This document shows, piece by piece, positions 56,048-64,000 of a DNA stretch of 64,000 nt. A model generated the notes under the pieces. That model saw only the letters and a program-made list of their open reading frames with translations, was not told the DNA's origin and did not search any database. Every line of letters begins with the position of its first letter. The first letter of the stretch is position 1. The stretch comes from Syntrophomonas sp. (GTDB taxonomy: Bacteria; Bacillota; Syntrophomonadia; Syntrophomonadales; Syntrophomonadaceae), in contig JAENZN010000023.1 in NCBI GenBank assembly GCA_016841245.1, forward strand, positions 1,016 through 65,015, written 5' to 3'. Made by a program: the position numbers and the translations under genes.

Positions 56048-56461
56048 TCACCCGGTCGAACGACTGGACCCGCCTGATTCCGTATTAAAGAGTCTCTTTT
56101 TCACCTTTAAAACACAAAATATGGCTGCCAAACTAAAACTAACACTGACCATGAGAAAAAGTAATTTTGAGCTTACAGGCTGATTGTTCATGATAAAAAT
56201 AACAGGATAGGCTATAAAAGATAATCCCAGGAAAACAGTAGTCCATTTTAGGTAATCAATCCGATATTCACAGGGTTCTTTCCATGAATTAATAAGTATT
56301 AGACCAATAGCCAAAAATACCGCACCAACGATACTATCTCCTAAAGATAAAACAGAAATGCTGCCGGCCAAACTACCCAGGCCGAGCCCTATGAGCCCCA
56401 AACTTCCAATATCGAAAAATTGTTTATCATGTTTTTCTCTATCTATGCTTGACCTGTTCAT
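56048..56461 (-). CDS. Hypothetical 4-TM membrane protein (possibly frameshifted; see findings)
   Basis: AAAGGAG lies 10 nt upstream of the ATG, and hydrophobic helices run throughout. Confidence 0.55.
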   Translation of the reverse strand: MNRSSIDREKHDKQFFDIGSLGLIGLGLGSLAGSISVLSLGDSIVGAVFLAIGLILINSWKEPCEYRIDYLKWTTVFLGLSFIAYPVIFIMNNQPVSSKLLFLMVSVSFSLAAIFCVLKVKKRLFNTESGGSSRSTG

Positions 56462-56651
56462 CTGTTAATTACTCCTTTTAAAACAGTTTAACATAAACAG
56501 TTGGTGGACAATACTGCGGGAGAGCCGGCATTACCTAAAATATATCTTAATGTTATAAGGTATAATAAATTTTCTGATTTTTTTTATGGCAATTGCTGCC
56601 AGTAAAGTGTAAAATAATAGCAGATTGCACTAGTAAGTGGAGGTAATTGAT

Positions 56652-56861
56652 TTGACTGACAAGGCATTACCACCCCATGAACCTGAAGATATTCCTGTTT
56701 ATCATACGGTGGTTAAAATCCTGGGGGTTGTTTCTATCATGGCAGTAGCTGGTTTTATTACCCTGGCTGTACTTGGAAAAGCAATTCCCGAATCTCTGGT
56801 TGCCGTAGGGTCTGCAGCTATTGGCGCACTGGCAGGACTGCTGGCACCGTCACCAAAATAG
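56652..56861 (+). CDS. Small membrane protein (69 aa, 2 TM)
   Basis: The TTG at 56652 is 7 nt after GGAGG. The track ORF starts at GTG 56637. Confidence 0.5.
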   Translation: MTDKALPPHEPEDIPVYHTVVKILGVVSIMAVAGFITLAVLGKAIPESLVAVGSAAIGALAGLLAPSPK

Positions 56862-56872
56862 ATTTCAATCTG

Positions 56873-57163
56873 CTAAATCCCTAATTCCTCTAGCTGCGGC
56901 ATTCTAAAAATTCTTGGGGTAAATGACATATTTTCTTCATCCAGCTCAGTTGATTTAGGCAGGTTATTCTTTGGGTCAGTATACCATTGTTCCAGCTTGT
57001 GCAGAACTTTCTTAGCTTGTTCTTTTGATTCATATTTGCCCAGCCGAACCAGAGTTTTATCTACAATGTATCCATAAATAAATGTGCCTATCGAGGAATA
57101 GACAGGTTCCAAGCCATGTACTTCCCAAATACCTCCATCTTGAGATCTTATCATCACCGGCAT
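56873..57163 (-). CDS. Hypothetical protein (96 aa)
   Basis: I prefer the ATG at 57163 (MPVMIRSQDGG), which is preceded by AAAGGAG. I recognise no family. Confidence 0.5.
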   Translation of the reverse strand: MPVMIRSQDGGIWEVHGLEPVYSSIGTFIYGYIVDKTLVRLGKYESKEQAKKVLHKLEQWYTDPKNNLPKSTELDEENMSFTPRIFRMPQLEELGI

Positions 57164-57378
57164 CTTCCTGGTCTCCTTTCCTCCACACAATATTAATTAA
57201 TAAACTTTACGCAACATATTGTACCATTAATTTTAATTCTTTTCATTATGTTAAGTCAACCTGAGTGCTGTTTTTTTTTGTAAATTGCCAGGACATTTAG
57301 TTCCGGTGTATTATAATAAATACAGGGTGTTTGGGTAAGATATAGAGCAACCAGCATCAATACAGGAGGTTGGGTAGT

Positions 57379-57795
57379 ATGCTAATATTTGGGCAAAGAA
57401 TGAGAAAAGAGCGGGAGCGTAAAGGATGGTCCAAAGTGTATCTAGGATCTCTGCTGGGAGTATCCGGCCCAGCCATAGGCAACTACGAATCAGGCCGGCG
57501 GTTTCCGGACGGAAAGATGCTAATCAAAATCGCAGAAGCATTTGGCTCTTCGGTTGATTACTTGTTAGGCTATAGTGATATTCGCCAACCTGATAAACCT
57601 CATATTTCTATTGCTGAACCGGAAATAAAAAAATTACTGCAGCAGATAGCCCATACCATCAATGAAGCTGAAAAGACCGGCCTAATTAATGAACAGGAAA
57701 AGATCCGCATTTGCGAACAAGCATGGAATCAGATTAGGTTTGAGCTATACAAATTAACTTCAAAGGAGGGGTCTATGCAGCAAGATAATGGTTAG
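57379..57795 (+). CDS. XRE-family HTH transcriptional regulator
   Basis: It has an HTH_3 pattern (RMRKERERKGWSKVYLGSLLGVSGPAIGNYESGRRFPDGKMLIKIAEAFGSSVDYLLG). AGGAGG lies 9 nt upstream of the ATG. Confidence 0.85.
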   Translation: MLIFGQRMRKERERKGWSKVYLGSLLGVSGPAIGNYESGRRFPDGKMLIKIAEAFGSSVDYLLGYSDIRQPDKPHISIAEPEIKKLLQQIAHTINEAEKTGLINEQEKIRICEQAWNQIRFELYKLTSKEGSMQQDNG

Positions 57796-57801
57796 GGGGC
57801 G

Positions 57802-57996
57802 GTGAGCATTTTTGTGGTCAGGGTATATTTAATAAGAGGTACAGCAACAGCCACGGTATCATATTCGGCTGAATATAATACCGCAGACCTTTTCCAAAGA
57901 GGTGATATTGGGCTGGAAATCATAAGAAAGGAGGAAGATCTGCAGAGCCTATCTTACGGGCCTGTACTCCAAAATGATAAAAGACTAGAGATATAG
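57802..57996 (+). CDS. Hypothetical small protein downstream of the XRE gene
   Basis: It is an ORF with a GTG start 6 nt after the XRE stop, with GGGGGCG upstream. I recognise no family, and coding status is unproven. Confidence 0.35.
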   Translation: MSIFVVRVYLIRGTATATVSYSAEYNTADLFQRGDIGLEIIRKEEDLQSLSYGPVLQNDKRLEI

Positions 57997-58194
57997 AATT
58001 ATCCTGCCGCATAGGGCGCCCTCCTGAATGATAAAGTATAGCTCTCGAAACTTAGATCAAGACTATGACTGGCAGTTCTGAGTGCAATAATTCCAATTTA
58101 GTTTAGAGCGGATGCACTGCGGGAATAATCCATGTAAATATAGCCCCGATAGAGACAGAAAAATTATAAAAATAAACAATGATTTTCCAACTAA

Positions 58195-58228
58195 GGGATT
58201 AGCTGCATTTTGCTTAATCCCACTTTTT
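58195..58228 (+). terminator. Rho-independent terminator
   Basis: The stem is GGGATTAGC / GCTTAATCCC (one bulge), followed by ACTTTTTA. Confidence 0.6.
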
Positions 58229-58426
58229 ATGTCCAAATAAATTGTTTATCAACTAATAGAAGATGCAGCGCATCTCCTGAACATCCAGGAGACCTGGCTT
58301 CTTATGGACTCTGTATGACACAGGTTAGCTCCTGTAAATCAGGGACTAATCTGCTGCCTCTGTGATAAACTAAGAAGGTCGGAATCAGATGAGTTAGCAA
58401 TCCATTATGTAAAAGGATGTTTTTCT

Positions 58427-60337
58427 ATGAATATAATATCACTTGAAAATGTATCCAAAAGCTATGGGGAGCGTACCCTGCTTGATAATATTTCATTTAC
58501 TCTGGAGGATCACGACAAAATCGGTTTGATAGGGATCAACGGTATGGGGAAGTCTACCCTCCTGAATCTTATATCCGGTCAGGATGGCTCTGATTCTGGA
58601 ACAATAAAAACTTCTCGGGGCCTCACGATTGAGTATCTTACTCAGAATCCAGAGTTTAACGAGCAGGCTACTGTTATAGAACAGGTGCTCAAGGGGGACA
58701 GCCCGGCTATGAAAGTGATTCGAGATTACCAATTGACCTTGGAGGATATCACCAAGAATCCGGATAATACTCATCTTCAGTCTCTATTGGTAGAATTGAC
58801 TTCTCAAATAAATACTTTAGATGCCTGGTATCTTGAAAGTCAAGTTAAGACTATTCTCAGTAAACTTGGCATTCGAGATTATGAGACCCGGATGGGGACT
58901 TTATCCGGGGGGCAGAGGAAAAGAGTCGCTCTGGCAGGCGCTCTTATCACTCCCTGTGACCTCCTTCTGCTGGATGAACCTACCAACCATCTGGACAATG
59001 ACACTATTGAATGGTTGGAAAAATATCTGGCCATTAGAAAAGGAGCCCTCTTGATGATCACCCACGATCGCTATTTTCTGGATCGGGTGGTTAACAAGAT
59101 ATTTGAATTGGACCGGGGAAGTTTATATATCTATGATGGTGCTTATTCCAATTTTATAGAAAAAAAGATTGAAAGAAAATCTCTTGAGTCCGCAGCGGAA
59201 GATAAGCGCTGCAGCCTTTACAAAAAGGAACTGGAATGGATCAGGACCGGTCCCCGCGCCCGCAGAACCAAACAAAAGGCTAGAATTCAGCGCTTTGAAG
59301 AACTCAAAGAATCAATCGGGGTAACAGATGATTCCAAACTGGATATATCTGTAGGCCACACCCGTTTGGGCAAGAAAATTATGGAAATAGCGAATATCTC
59401 CAAGCGCTTCGATGACCGCCCTTTAATCAAAGATTTTGACTACCTTATTTTGCGAAATGATCGTATCGGTATTATTGGAGATAATGCAGCCGGCAAATCA
59501 ACCCTGCTAAATATTCTAGCCGGGAAAATCAGCCCGGACAGCGGTAGTATAGAAATTGGTCCCACAGTTAAAATCGCTTACCTGTCCCAGGAATCAGAAG
59601 ATATGGACACCAGCCTGCGGACCATTGAATATATTAAAAACACTGCCGAGTATATAACTACTGCAGAAGGAAGCAAAATAAGTGCTGGAAAAATGATGGA
59701 AAGATTTCTTTTTCCCGCTGATCTGCAGTGGACTCCTATTTCCCGCCTCTCCGGAGGTGAAAAAAGACGACTCTATCTGCTCAAAGTTCTAATGGATGCT
59801 CCCAACGTTCTGCTGCTGGATGAACCCACCAATGACCTTGATATAGATACCCTGCAGGTACTTGAAAACTATATTGATGAATTCCAGGGGGCCGTGATTT
59901 CCGCATCTCATGACCGCTACTTCCTGGACCGAACCTGCCATAGAATATTCTCCCTGGAAGGCTCAGGAGAAATTATCAAACATGTGGGCAATTACTCTGA
60001 TTTTTCAGAGTACAAAAGCCTTATTGCCACCGAAAGCAGTCTGGAAAAGACAAGCAAAACGGATGAGCAGACCCGAAATGCAAAGGCAAAACAGCGCCCA
60101 TTGAAATTCACTTATAAGGAGCAGCTGGAATACAATACCATCGAATCAGATATGGAGACTTTGGAAAATGAGATCTCCAAACTTGATGATGAAATGAGTA
60201 AAATAAGCAGCGATTTTCTCAGACTGCAAGAACTATTTAAAAGGAAAGAGCAGATGGAAGAAGACCTGCTGTATAAAATGGAGCGTCACGAATACCTGAG
60301 CAATCTGGAAAAACAGATAAAAAACACTAAAATCTAA
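58427..60337 (+). CDS. ABC-F family ATPase (Uup/YfmR-like; two ABC domains, C-terminal coiled coil)
   Basis: It has two sets of Walker A/signature/Walker B motifs (GINGMGKST, LSGGQRKR, LLLDEPTNHLD; GDNAAGKST, LSGGEKRR, LLLDEPTNDLD). There are no TM domains, and the C-terminus is charged. Confidence 0.92.
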   Translation: MNIISLENVSKSYGERTLLDNISFTLEDHDKIGLIGINGMGKSTLLNLISGQDGSDSGTIKTSRGLTIEYLTQNPEFNEQATVIEQVLKGDSPAMKVIRDYQLTLEDITKNPDNTHLQSLLVELTSQINTLDAWYLESQVKTILSKLGIRDYETRMGTLSGGQRKRVALAGALITPCDLLLLDEPTNHLDNDTIEWLEKYLAIRKGALLMITHDRYFLDRVVNKIFELDRGSLYIYDGAYSNFIEKKIERKSLESAAEDKRCSLYKKELEWIRTGPRARRTKQKARIQRFEELKESIGVTDDSKLDISVGHTRLGKKIMEIANISKRFDDRPLIKDFDYLILRNDRIGIIGDNAAGKSTLLNILAGKISPDSGSIEIGPTVKIAYLSQESEDMDTSLRTIEYIKNTAEYITTAEGSKISAGKMMERFLFPADLQWTPISRLSGGEKRRLYLLKVLMDAPNVLLLDEPTNDLDIDTLQVLENYIDEFQGAVISASHDRYFLDRTCHRIFSLEGSGEIIKHVGNYSDFSEYKSLIATESSLEKTSKTDEQTRNAKAKQRPLKFTYKEQLEYNTIESDMETLENEISKLDDEMSKISSDFLRLQELFKRKEQMEEDLLYKMERHEYLSNLEKQIKNTKI

Positions 60338-60358
60338 ATTTCTCTCCCGTCTCATATT

Positions 60359-60422
60359 TGACCGCTGTCAAGACACATCTGACCGCTGTTAAGACACACT
60401 GACCGTTCGTCAGGACACGATC
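60359..60422 (+). repeat. Three tandem 20-23-bp repeats, each containing TGAC-N4/5-GTCA (candidate enhancer/UAS)
   Basis: The repeats read TGACCGCTGTCAAGACACATC, TGACCGCTGTTAAGACACAC and TGACCGTTCGTCAGGACACGATC. They lie 95-160 bp upstream of the sigma-54 promoter at 60518. Confidence 0.75.
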
Positions 60423-60517
60423 TGCTTCCCAATAACATCTCCTATTTTATTTAAAAACATTGCAATTAGCCCTCCATTGGCCTTTCTCGGGTTCTTTTAT
60501 CAAAGCGCTTCATATCT

Positions 60518-60533
60518 TGGCACAGTTATTGCA
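60518..60533 (+). promoter_or_regulatory. Sigma-54 (-24/-12) promoter
   Basis: TGGCAC-AGTTA-TTGCA is an exact consensus match. It lies about 180 nt upstream of the ChlI-like gene. Confidence 0.8.
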
Positions 60534-60710
60534 TTAAGTACTTCTGTTGTTCTATGGAACGACATTATGCTTCCTGGAAGGATATCTATAGCCTTTCAGG
60601 AAGCGTCCCCCCTTCACTTGTATGGGACTTCCTAATTATATATTTGAATGAATATTTTTTTAGGTTAAAAATAATCAACCCGGTAAAAAAAATAATAACC
60701 CAAGAAAAGA

Positions 60711-61922
60711 GTGATATTCATGATCCCCTTCAGTATGTTGGAACGTTATGACGGAAACGAAGCCCTTTTTCAAACGGTAATGATGTCGGTGGTTTCCAGT
60801 TACGCAGGCGAGCCCTTGCATCTGCATGCAGAAGGCTTGAGAGGGACGGGGAAAACCACTATAATGAGGGCCGCACGCGGGATACTGCCCACCATCACCC
60901 GCATCCAAGGGTGTATTTATAATTGTGATCCTCTGGATCCCCATTGTCCGAAGCACAAAGACCTCAGTGTATCAGAAATTGAAGCTATAGGCAGTGAAGA
61001 AATCCCGATGCCTTTTTTGGAGATCTCTCATTCAGCCAAAGTAGGAACGGTAGCCGGAAGTATCGACCTGGCCAGGCTGACAGATAGCTCTAAACCTGAA
61101 GCTTCTTTATTACCAGGTTTAATACCCCAGGCCCATCGAGGAATCATATTTGTTGACGAAATAAACCGGCTGGCCGATACTTCGCCGGAAATAACGGATA
61201 TCCTGCTGGATGTAATGGGAAATAAGCCGGGACACCTGCAGATCGAAGAGGCAGGGCTGCCGGCGGTAAATATACAGGTAAGTGTTTCCGTATGGGCAGC
61301 TTCTAATCCGGATGAAGATCCGGGTCCTTTAGAGGAAATCAGGAGACAGCTGTCTGACCGCTTTGACCTGGTCTGCTATATGGGACGCCCGGATTCGGTT
61401 GACATCGTAGCCCATATTTTAGAGGAGAATTCTTATAAACATCGGGTACGAAATACCCGTAATAAAGAAAGCAATTTTGTAAAATCAGATGATCAGCGTT
61501 ATATAGAGGATGTCACTAAGTGGGCCGAGCAATATCAGAAGCTGTATATGCCTGATTTCCTGCGCAGCTTCATAGCCAGACTTTATCTTAAACATAACCT
61601 GGAAAGTATCCGGGCTATAGAAGCAATCCAGCAGGCGGCCCTCCTGCATGCCGTTCTTCATGGCCGGGAAAAAGTATTGATCAGTGATGTGACCAAAGTG
61701 ATCCCTATGGCCTTAAAACATCGCGTAGATGGGGATATCCTGGTGCGGCTGATCAATGAGGCAGATAGCAAGGGGAGCCGGGAAGGCATCTTGAGCTTCA
61801 AAAATCGTCAAAACGATAGAAGCAAAGAACGGGACGAGGATTACTTCCAACATACCGCCCGGCCTCTTAAAGATATGCACCGAGGCGAACTGGTTAATAC
61901 CGAAAAAAACCTAACCATATAA
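60711..61922 (+). CDS. ChlI/BchI-like AAA+ ATPase (Mg-chelatase I-subunit family), orphan
   Basis: It has a Walker A motif (GLRGTGKTT), the ChlI-specific Cys insert (GCIYNCDPLDPHCPKH), a Walker B motif (GIIFVDEINRL) and sensor/Arg-finger regions (LSDRFDL). The start is GTG at 60711 or ATG at 60720. Confidence 0.8.
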   Translation: MIFMIPFSMLERYDGNEALFQTVMMSVVSSYAGEPLHLHAEGLRGTGKTTIMRAARGILPTITRIQGCIYNCDPLDPHCPKHKDLSVSEIEAIGSEEIPMPFLEISHSAKVGTVAGSIDLARLTDSSKPEASLLPGLIPQAHRGIIFVDEINRLADTSPEITDILLDVMGNKPGHLQIEEAGLPAVNIQVSVSVWAASNPDEDPGPLEEIRRQLSDRFDLVCYMGRPDSVDIVAHILEENSYKHRVRNTRNKESNFVKSDDQRYIEDVTKWAEQYQKLYMPDFLRSFIARLYLKHNLESIRAIEAIQQAALLHAVLHGREKVLISDVTKVIPMALKHRVDGDILVRLINEADSKGSREGILSFKNRQNDRSKERDEDYFQHTARPLKDMHRGELVNTEKNLTI

Positions 61923-61954
61923 CTATCATACTCCTTCATTTAACTCTTATTTTA

Positions 61955-61987
61955 ACCCGCAGCGCTTGTGCCTGCGGGTATTTTTTC
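61955..61987 (+). terminator. Rho-independent terminator
   Basis: The stem is ACCCGCAG / CTGCGGGT, followed by ATTTTTT. Confidence 0.85.
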
Positions 61988-62181
61988 TGTTTAACCAGTT
62001 TTCTATTATTATGCAGGTACTGCGAACTGATTACAAATTATGGTATAAATAAAATTGCCGTTCATAGATACAGGTTTCGTTGCTAATGGAAAGTAAAAAT
62101 ATAGAGGTGCTTAAATATAATAAACACAGGCAAGAAGAACAAACGCTAAGTTTTAATGCAAGGGTCTAATGGTTCTCTTGA

Positions 62182-62934
62182 TTATCTCCAGGAGCTGATG
62201 TGCTTTTCAGTAATATCTATGACGGTAAACAGGCAGAATCCCATCAGGCTCAGGATAATAATACCAGCGTACATGTCCAGGTAATTTACCCGCATCCAGG
62301 CATCCATTATGAAATACCCCATGCCATACTGGGTACCAAAAGTTTCAGTAAAAAATAGAATGGATACCGCTGTTCCCAGAGCCAGCCTGGTAGCTGTGAG
62401 AACATCGGCCATGGAAGCAGGAATAATAACTTCTTTAAAGATCTGCAGGCGGTTAGCTCCTAAGGATTGAAGAGATCGGAATATTTCCTGAGGAATCCCT
62501 TTAACCGCATCCCGGGAAGTAATTATGATTTGAAATATTATTATCAATACTATCATTATTAATTTGGAAGCCTCACCCAATCCAAACAGCAGCATTATTA
62601 TCGGAAGCAGGGCGATTTTAGGAACCGGATAGGTGAAATAAACCAGTGGTGATAAGACCTTATCCACTCGCTTAAAATAGCCCATCAAAAAACCTAGCGG
62701 TACTCCTAGCATGATGGATAGAACTATTCCTCCCACAATCCTACCCAGGCTGTATAGAAGATGTATTTCCATTTTCGCGGCAAAAATCTGTATGATGTTT
62801 ATTAGAACAGCAAACGGCGATGGAATAATAGGAAGTTTCAACAGCCAGGACAATGCCTGCCAGATAATAATCACCAAGACCAGGCTGTACAGCGCTCCCT
62901 GCCATTTGTTATTATTTGACAGCACCTTGATCAT
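62182..62934 (-). CDS. ABC transporter permease, NitT/TauT (SsuC/TauC-like) family
   Basis: It is a 6-TM BPD_transp_1 protein with an EAA-like loop (SLQSLGANRLQIFKEVIIPAS). Confidence 0.88.
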   Translation of the reverse strand: MIKVLSNNNKWQGALYSLVLVIIIWQALSWLLKLPIIPSPFAVLINIIQIFAAKMEIHLLYSLGRIVGGIVLSIMLGVPLGFLMGYFKRVDKVLSPLVYFTYPVPKIALLPIIMLLFGLGEASKLIMIVLIIIFQIIITSRDAVKGIPQEIFRSLQSLGANRLQIFKEVIIPASMADVLTATRLALGTAVSILFFTETFGTQYGMGYFIMDAWMRVNYLDMYAGIIILSLMGFCLFTVIDITEKHISSWR

Positions 62935-63671
62935 CCTTTATCCAATATTTTACGTAAATTCATGCACATATCATAATACTCGTCCCTAAATCTCAAATTA
63001 TCCAGTTGGAAGCAGGGATTATCTACAACCTCCAATATGCGGCCCGGCGCAGGTGAAAACACTACTATTTTACTGCCCAGATAAAGGGCTTCATCAACAC
63101 TGTGAGTAATAAAAGCGGTAGTCACATTGTTCTCTTTCCAAATTTTCAAAAAAAGATCCTGTAATTCTTCCCGGCTTATTGCATCCAGGGCTGAAAATGG
63201 CTCATCCATCAACAATAAATCGGGCTTTAATATGAAAGCCCGAGCAATCGCCACTCTCTGCTGTTGACCACCGCTTAATTCTTTGGGGTATCTATCTAGA
63301 AGAGACTCGATTCCTAATTGCTGTAAAATATATCTGCCATAGTCATCCATAACCTGCTGATCATTTTTAATCTTAACTCCCAGCATAGTATTATGGTAGA
63401 CATTTTTCCAGGGCAGCAGTCCATAGTTCTGGAGTATCAATCCGATACGCTGCGTTTTAGGATCGATGGCCCGTCCATCGATCCTGACACTTCCGGTATA
63501 ATTTCTTAATATTCCGGACAAAACATGGAGCAAGGTTGATTTACCACAGCCAGATGGACCGATAAAGGTATAAATGTCTCCCGTACCAATATTAATGTTT
63601 ATCTTGTCCAAAGCCAGGGTCTCTTCATTTTTTCGGCGGTATTTTACTACTAGATCCTTTATCTCAATCAC
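62931..63671 (-). CDS. ABC transporter ATP-binding protein, NitT/TauT (SsuB/TauB-like) family
   Basis: Motifs are [34 protein letters not shown] and ITHSVDEA. Confidence 0.92.
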   Translation of the reverse strand: MIEIKDLVVKYRRKNEETLALDKININIGTGDIYTFIGPSGCGKSTLLHVLSGILRNYTGSVRIDGRAIDPKTQRIGLILQNYGLLPWKNVYHNTMLGVKIKNDQQVMDDYGRYILQQLGIESLLDRYPKELSGGQQQRVAIARAFILKPDLLLMDEPFSALDAISREELQDLFLKIWKENNVTTAFITHSVDEALYLGSKIVVFSPAPGRILEVVDNPCFQLDNLRFRDEYYDMCMNLRKILDKG

Positions 63672-63678
63672 TAAACTA

Positions 63679-64000
63679 TTACCTCAAGATTTCTTCATCC
63701 ACCAGGTCTTTATATTCGTAACTTCCTTGGATGAGATCTTTGGCCTGCATCCATTGTACTACGTCTAAGAAAATCTCTTGCTCAGGCAGCTTGGCCTGCT
63801 GGTACTCAGGAAGCTGCAGAGAATCTTTGATCTCTGCCGGGAAGCCCTGTTCTTCAATAATATAATCCAGGCAGGAGGCAGCGGATTCCTTCTGAAGATA
63901 TTCCGATGCTTCATTATAAGCTCTCAGAATTGCCTTAATCTCTTCCGGGCTTTCCTCCAGGATTTGGGCGGTAAAGGCTATCGCACCAGCTTTATTGGCC
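63679..64000 (-). CDS. ABC transporter substrate-binding protein (C-terminal 106 codons; N-terminus beyond window end)
   Basis: Hand translation of the minus strand is open from the window end to TAA at 63681-63679 (...AQILEESPEEIKAILRAYNEASEYL...YEYKDLVDEEILR). Its position upstream of the ATPase and permease genes fits an SsuA/NMT1-like SBP. Confidence 0.6.
   Translation of the reverse strand, partial: ANKAGAIAFTAQILEESPEEIKAILRAYNEASEYLQKESAASCLDYIIEEQGFPAEIKDSLQLPEYQQAKLPEQEIFLDVVQWMQAKDLIQGSYEYKDLVDEEILR

Noticed and set aside
60359-60422. Tandem direct repeats considered as a CRISPR array or mini-array (also those at 31143-31380).
   Set aside because: The repeats are contiguous without unique spacers, there are only 2-3 units, and no cas genes are in the window.

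Overview
A 64-kb chromosomal segment (about 40% GC by eye) that looks like an anaerobic, motile, probably spore-forming Firmicute of the Clostridia type. Supporting content: an SLH-domain protein, orphan KinA-type PAS kinases, CheV, selenocysteine formate dehydrogenases, a tungsten-type AOR and sigma-54 promoters. I found no transposase, integrase, phage block or CRISPR array. Main blocks are as follows. (1) A TPR protein, a TrmO-FmdE fusion and an ECF sigma/anti-sigma operon. (2) tRNA-Pro followed by a region with a dispersed duplication and reciprocal gene decay (DUF3147 pair, small AAA ATPase, DEAD-box helicase, AI-2E permease). (3) Two paralogous, tail-to-tail formate dehydrogenase modules (Sec-containing FdhA plus NuoE/NuoF-like subunits). 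One follows fdhD and two tandem Moco riboswitch units and carries moeA-type genes. The other follows a FocA-type channel gene. (4) A sigma-54/AcoR-like-controlled operon encoding an AOR-family oxidoreductase, a polyferredoxin, a HydABC/Bfu-type NuoE/NuoF/NuoG-Nterm module and MoaD/ThiF-like proteins. (5) glnA, ygiQ, a MEDS-PAS kinase, a baeRF-like protein and cheV. (6) A c-di-AMP (ydaO-type) riboswitch in front of an amino-acid ABC transporter. (7) Small accessory-like genes, an ABC-F ATPase, a sigma-54-driven orphan ChlI-like AAA+ gene and a NitT/TauT-type ABC transporter. The most unusual unexplained signal is a non-coding, strongly strand-asymmetric GGA/AGGA-rich 119-nt tandem repeat (31143-31380). 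It ends in a palindromic element that recurs at 1358-1404. I propose it as a candidate structured or protein-sponging RNA locus. All calls rest on reading the sequence and on remembered family signatures. No searches were run.
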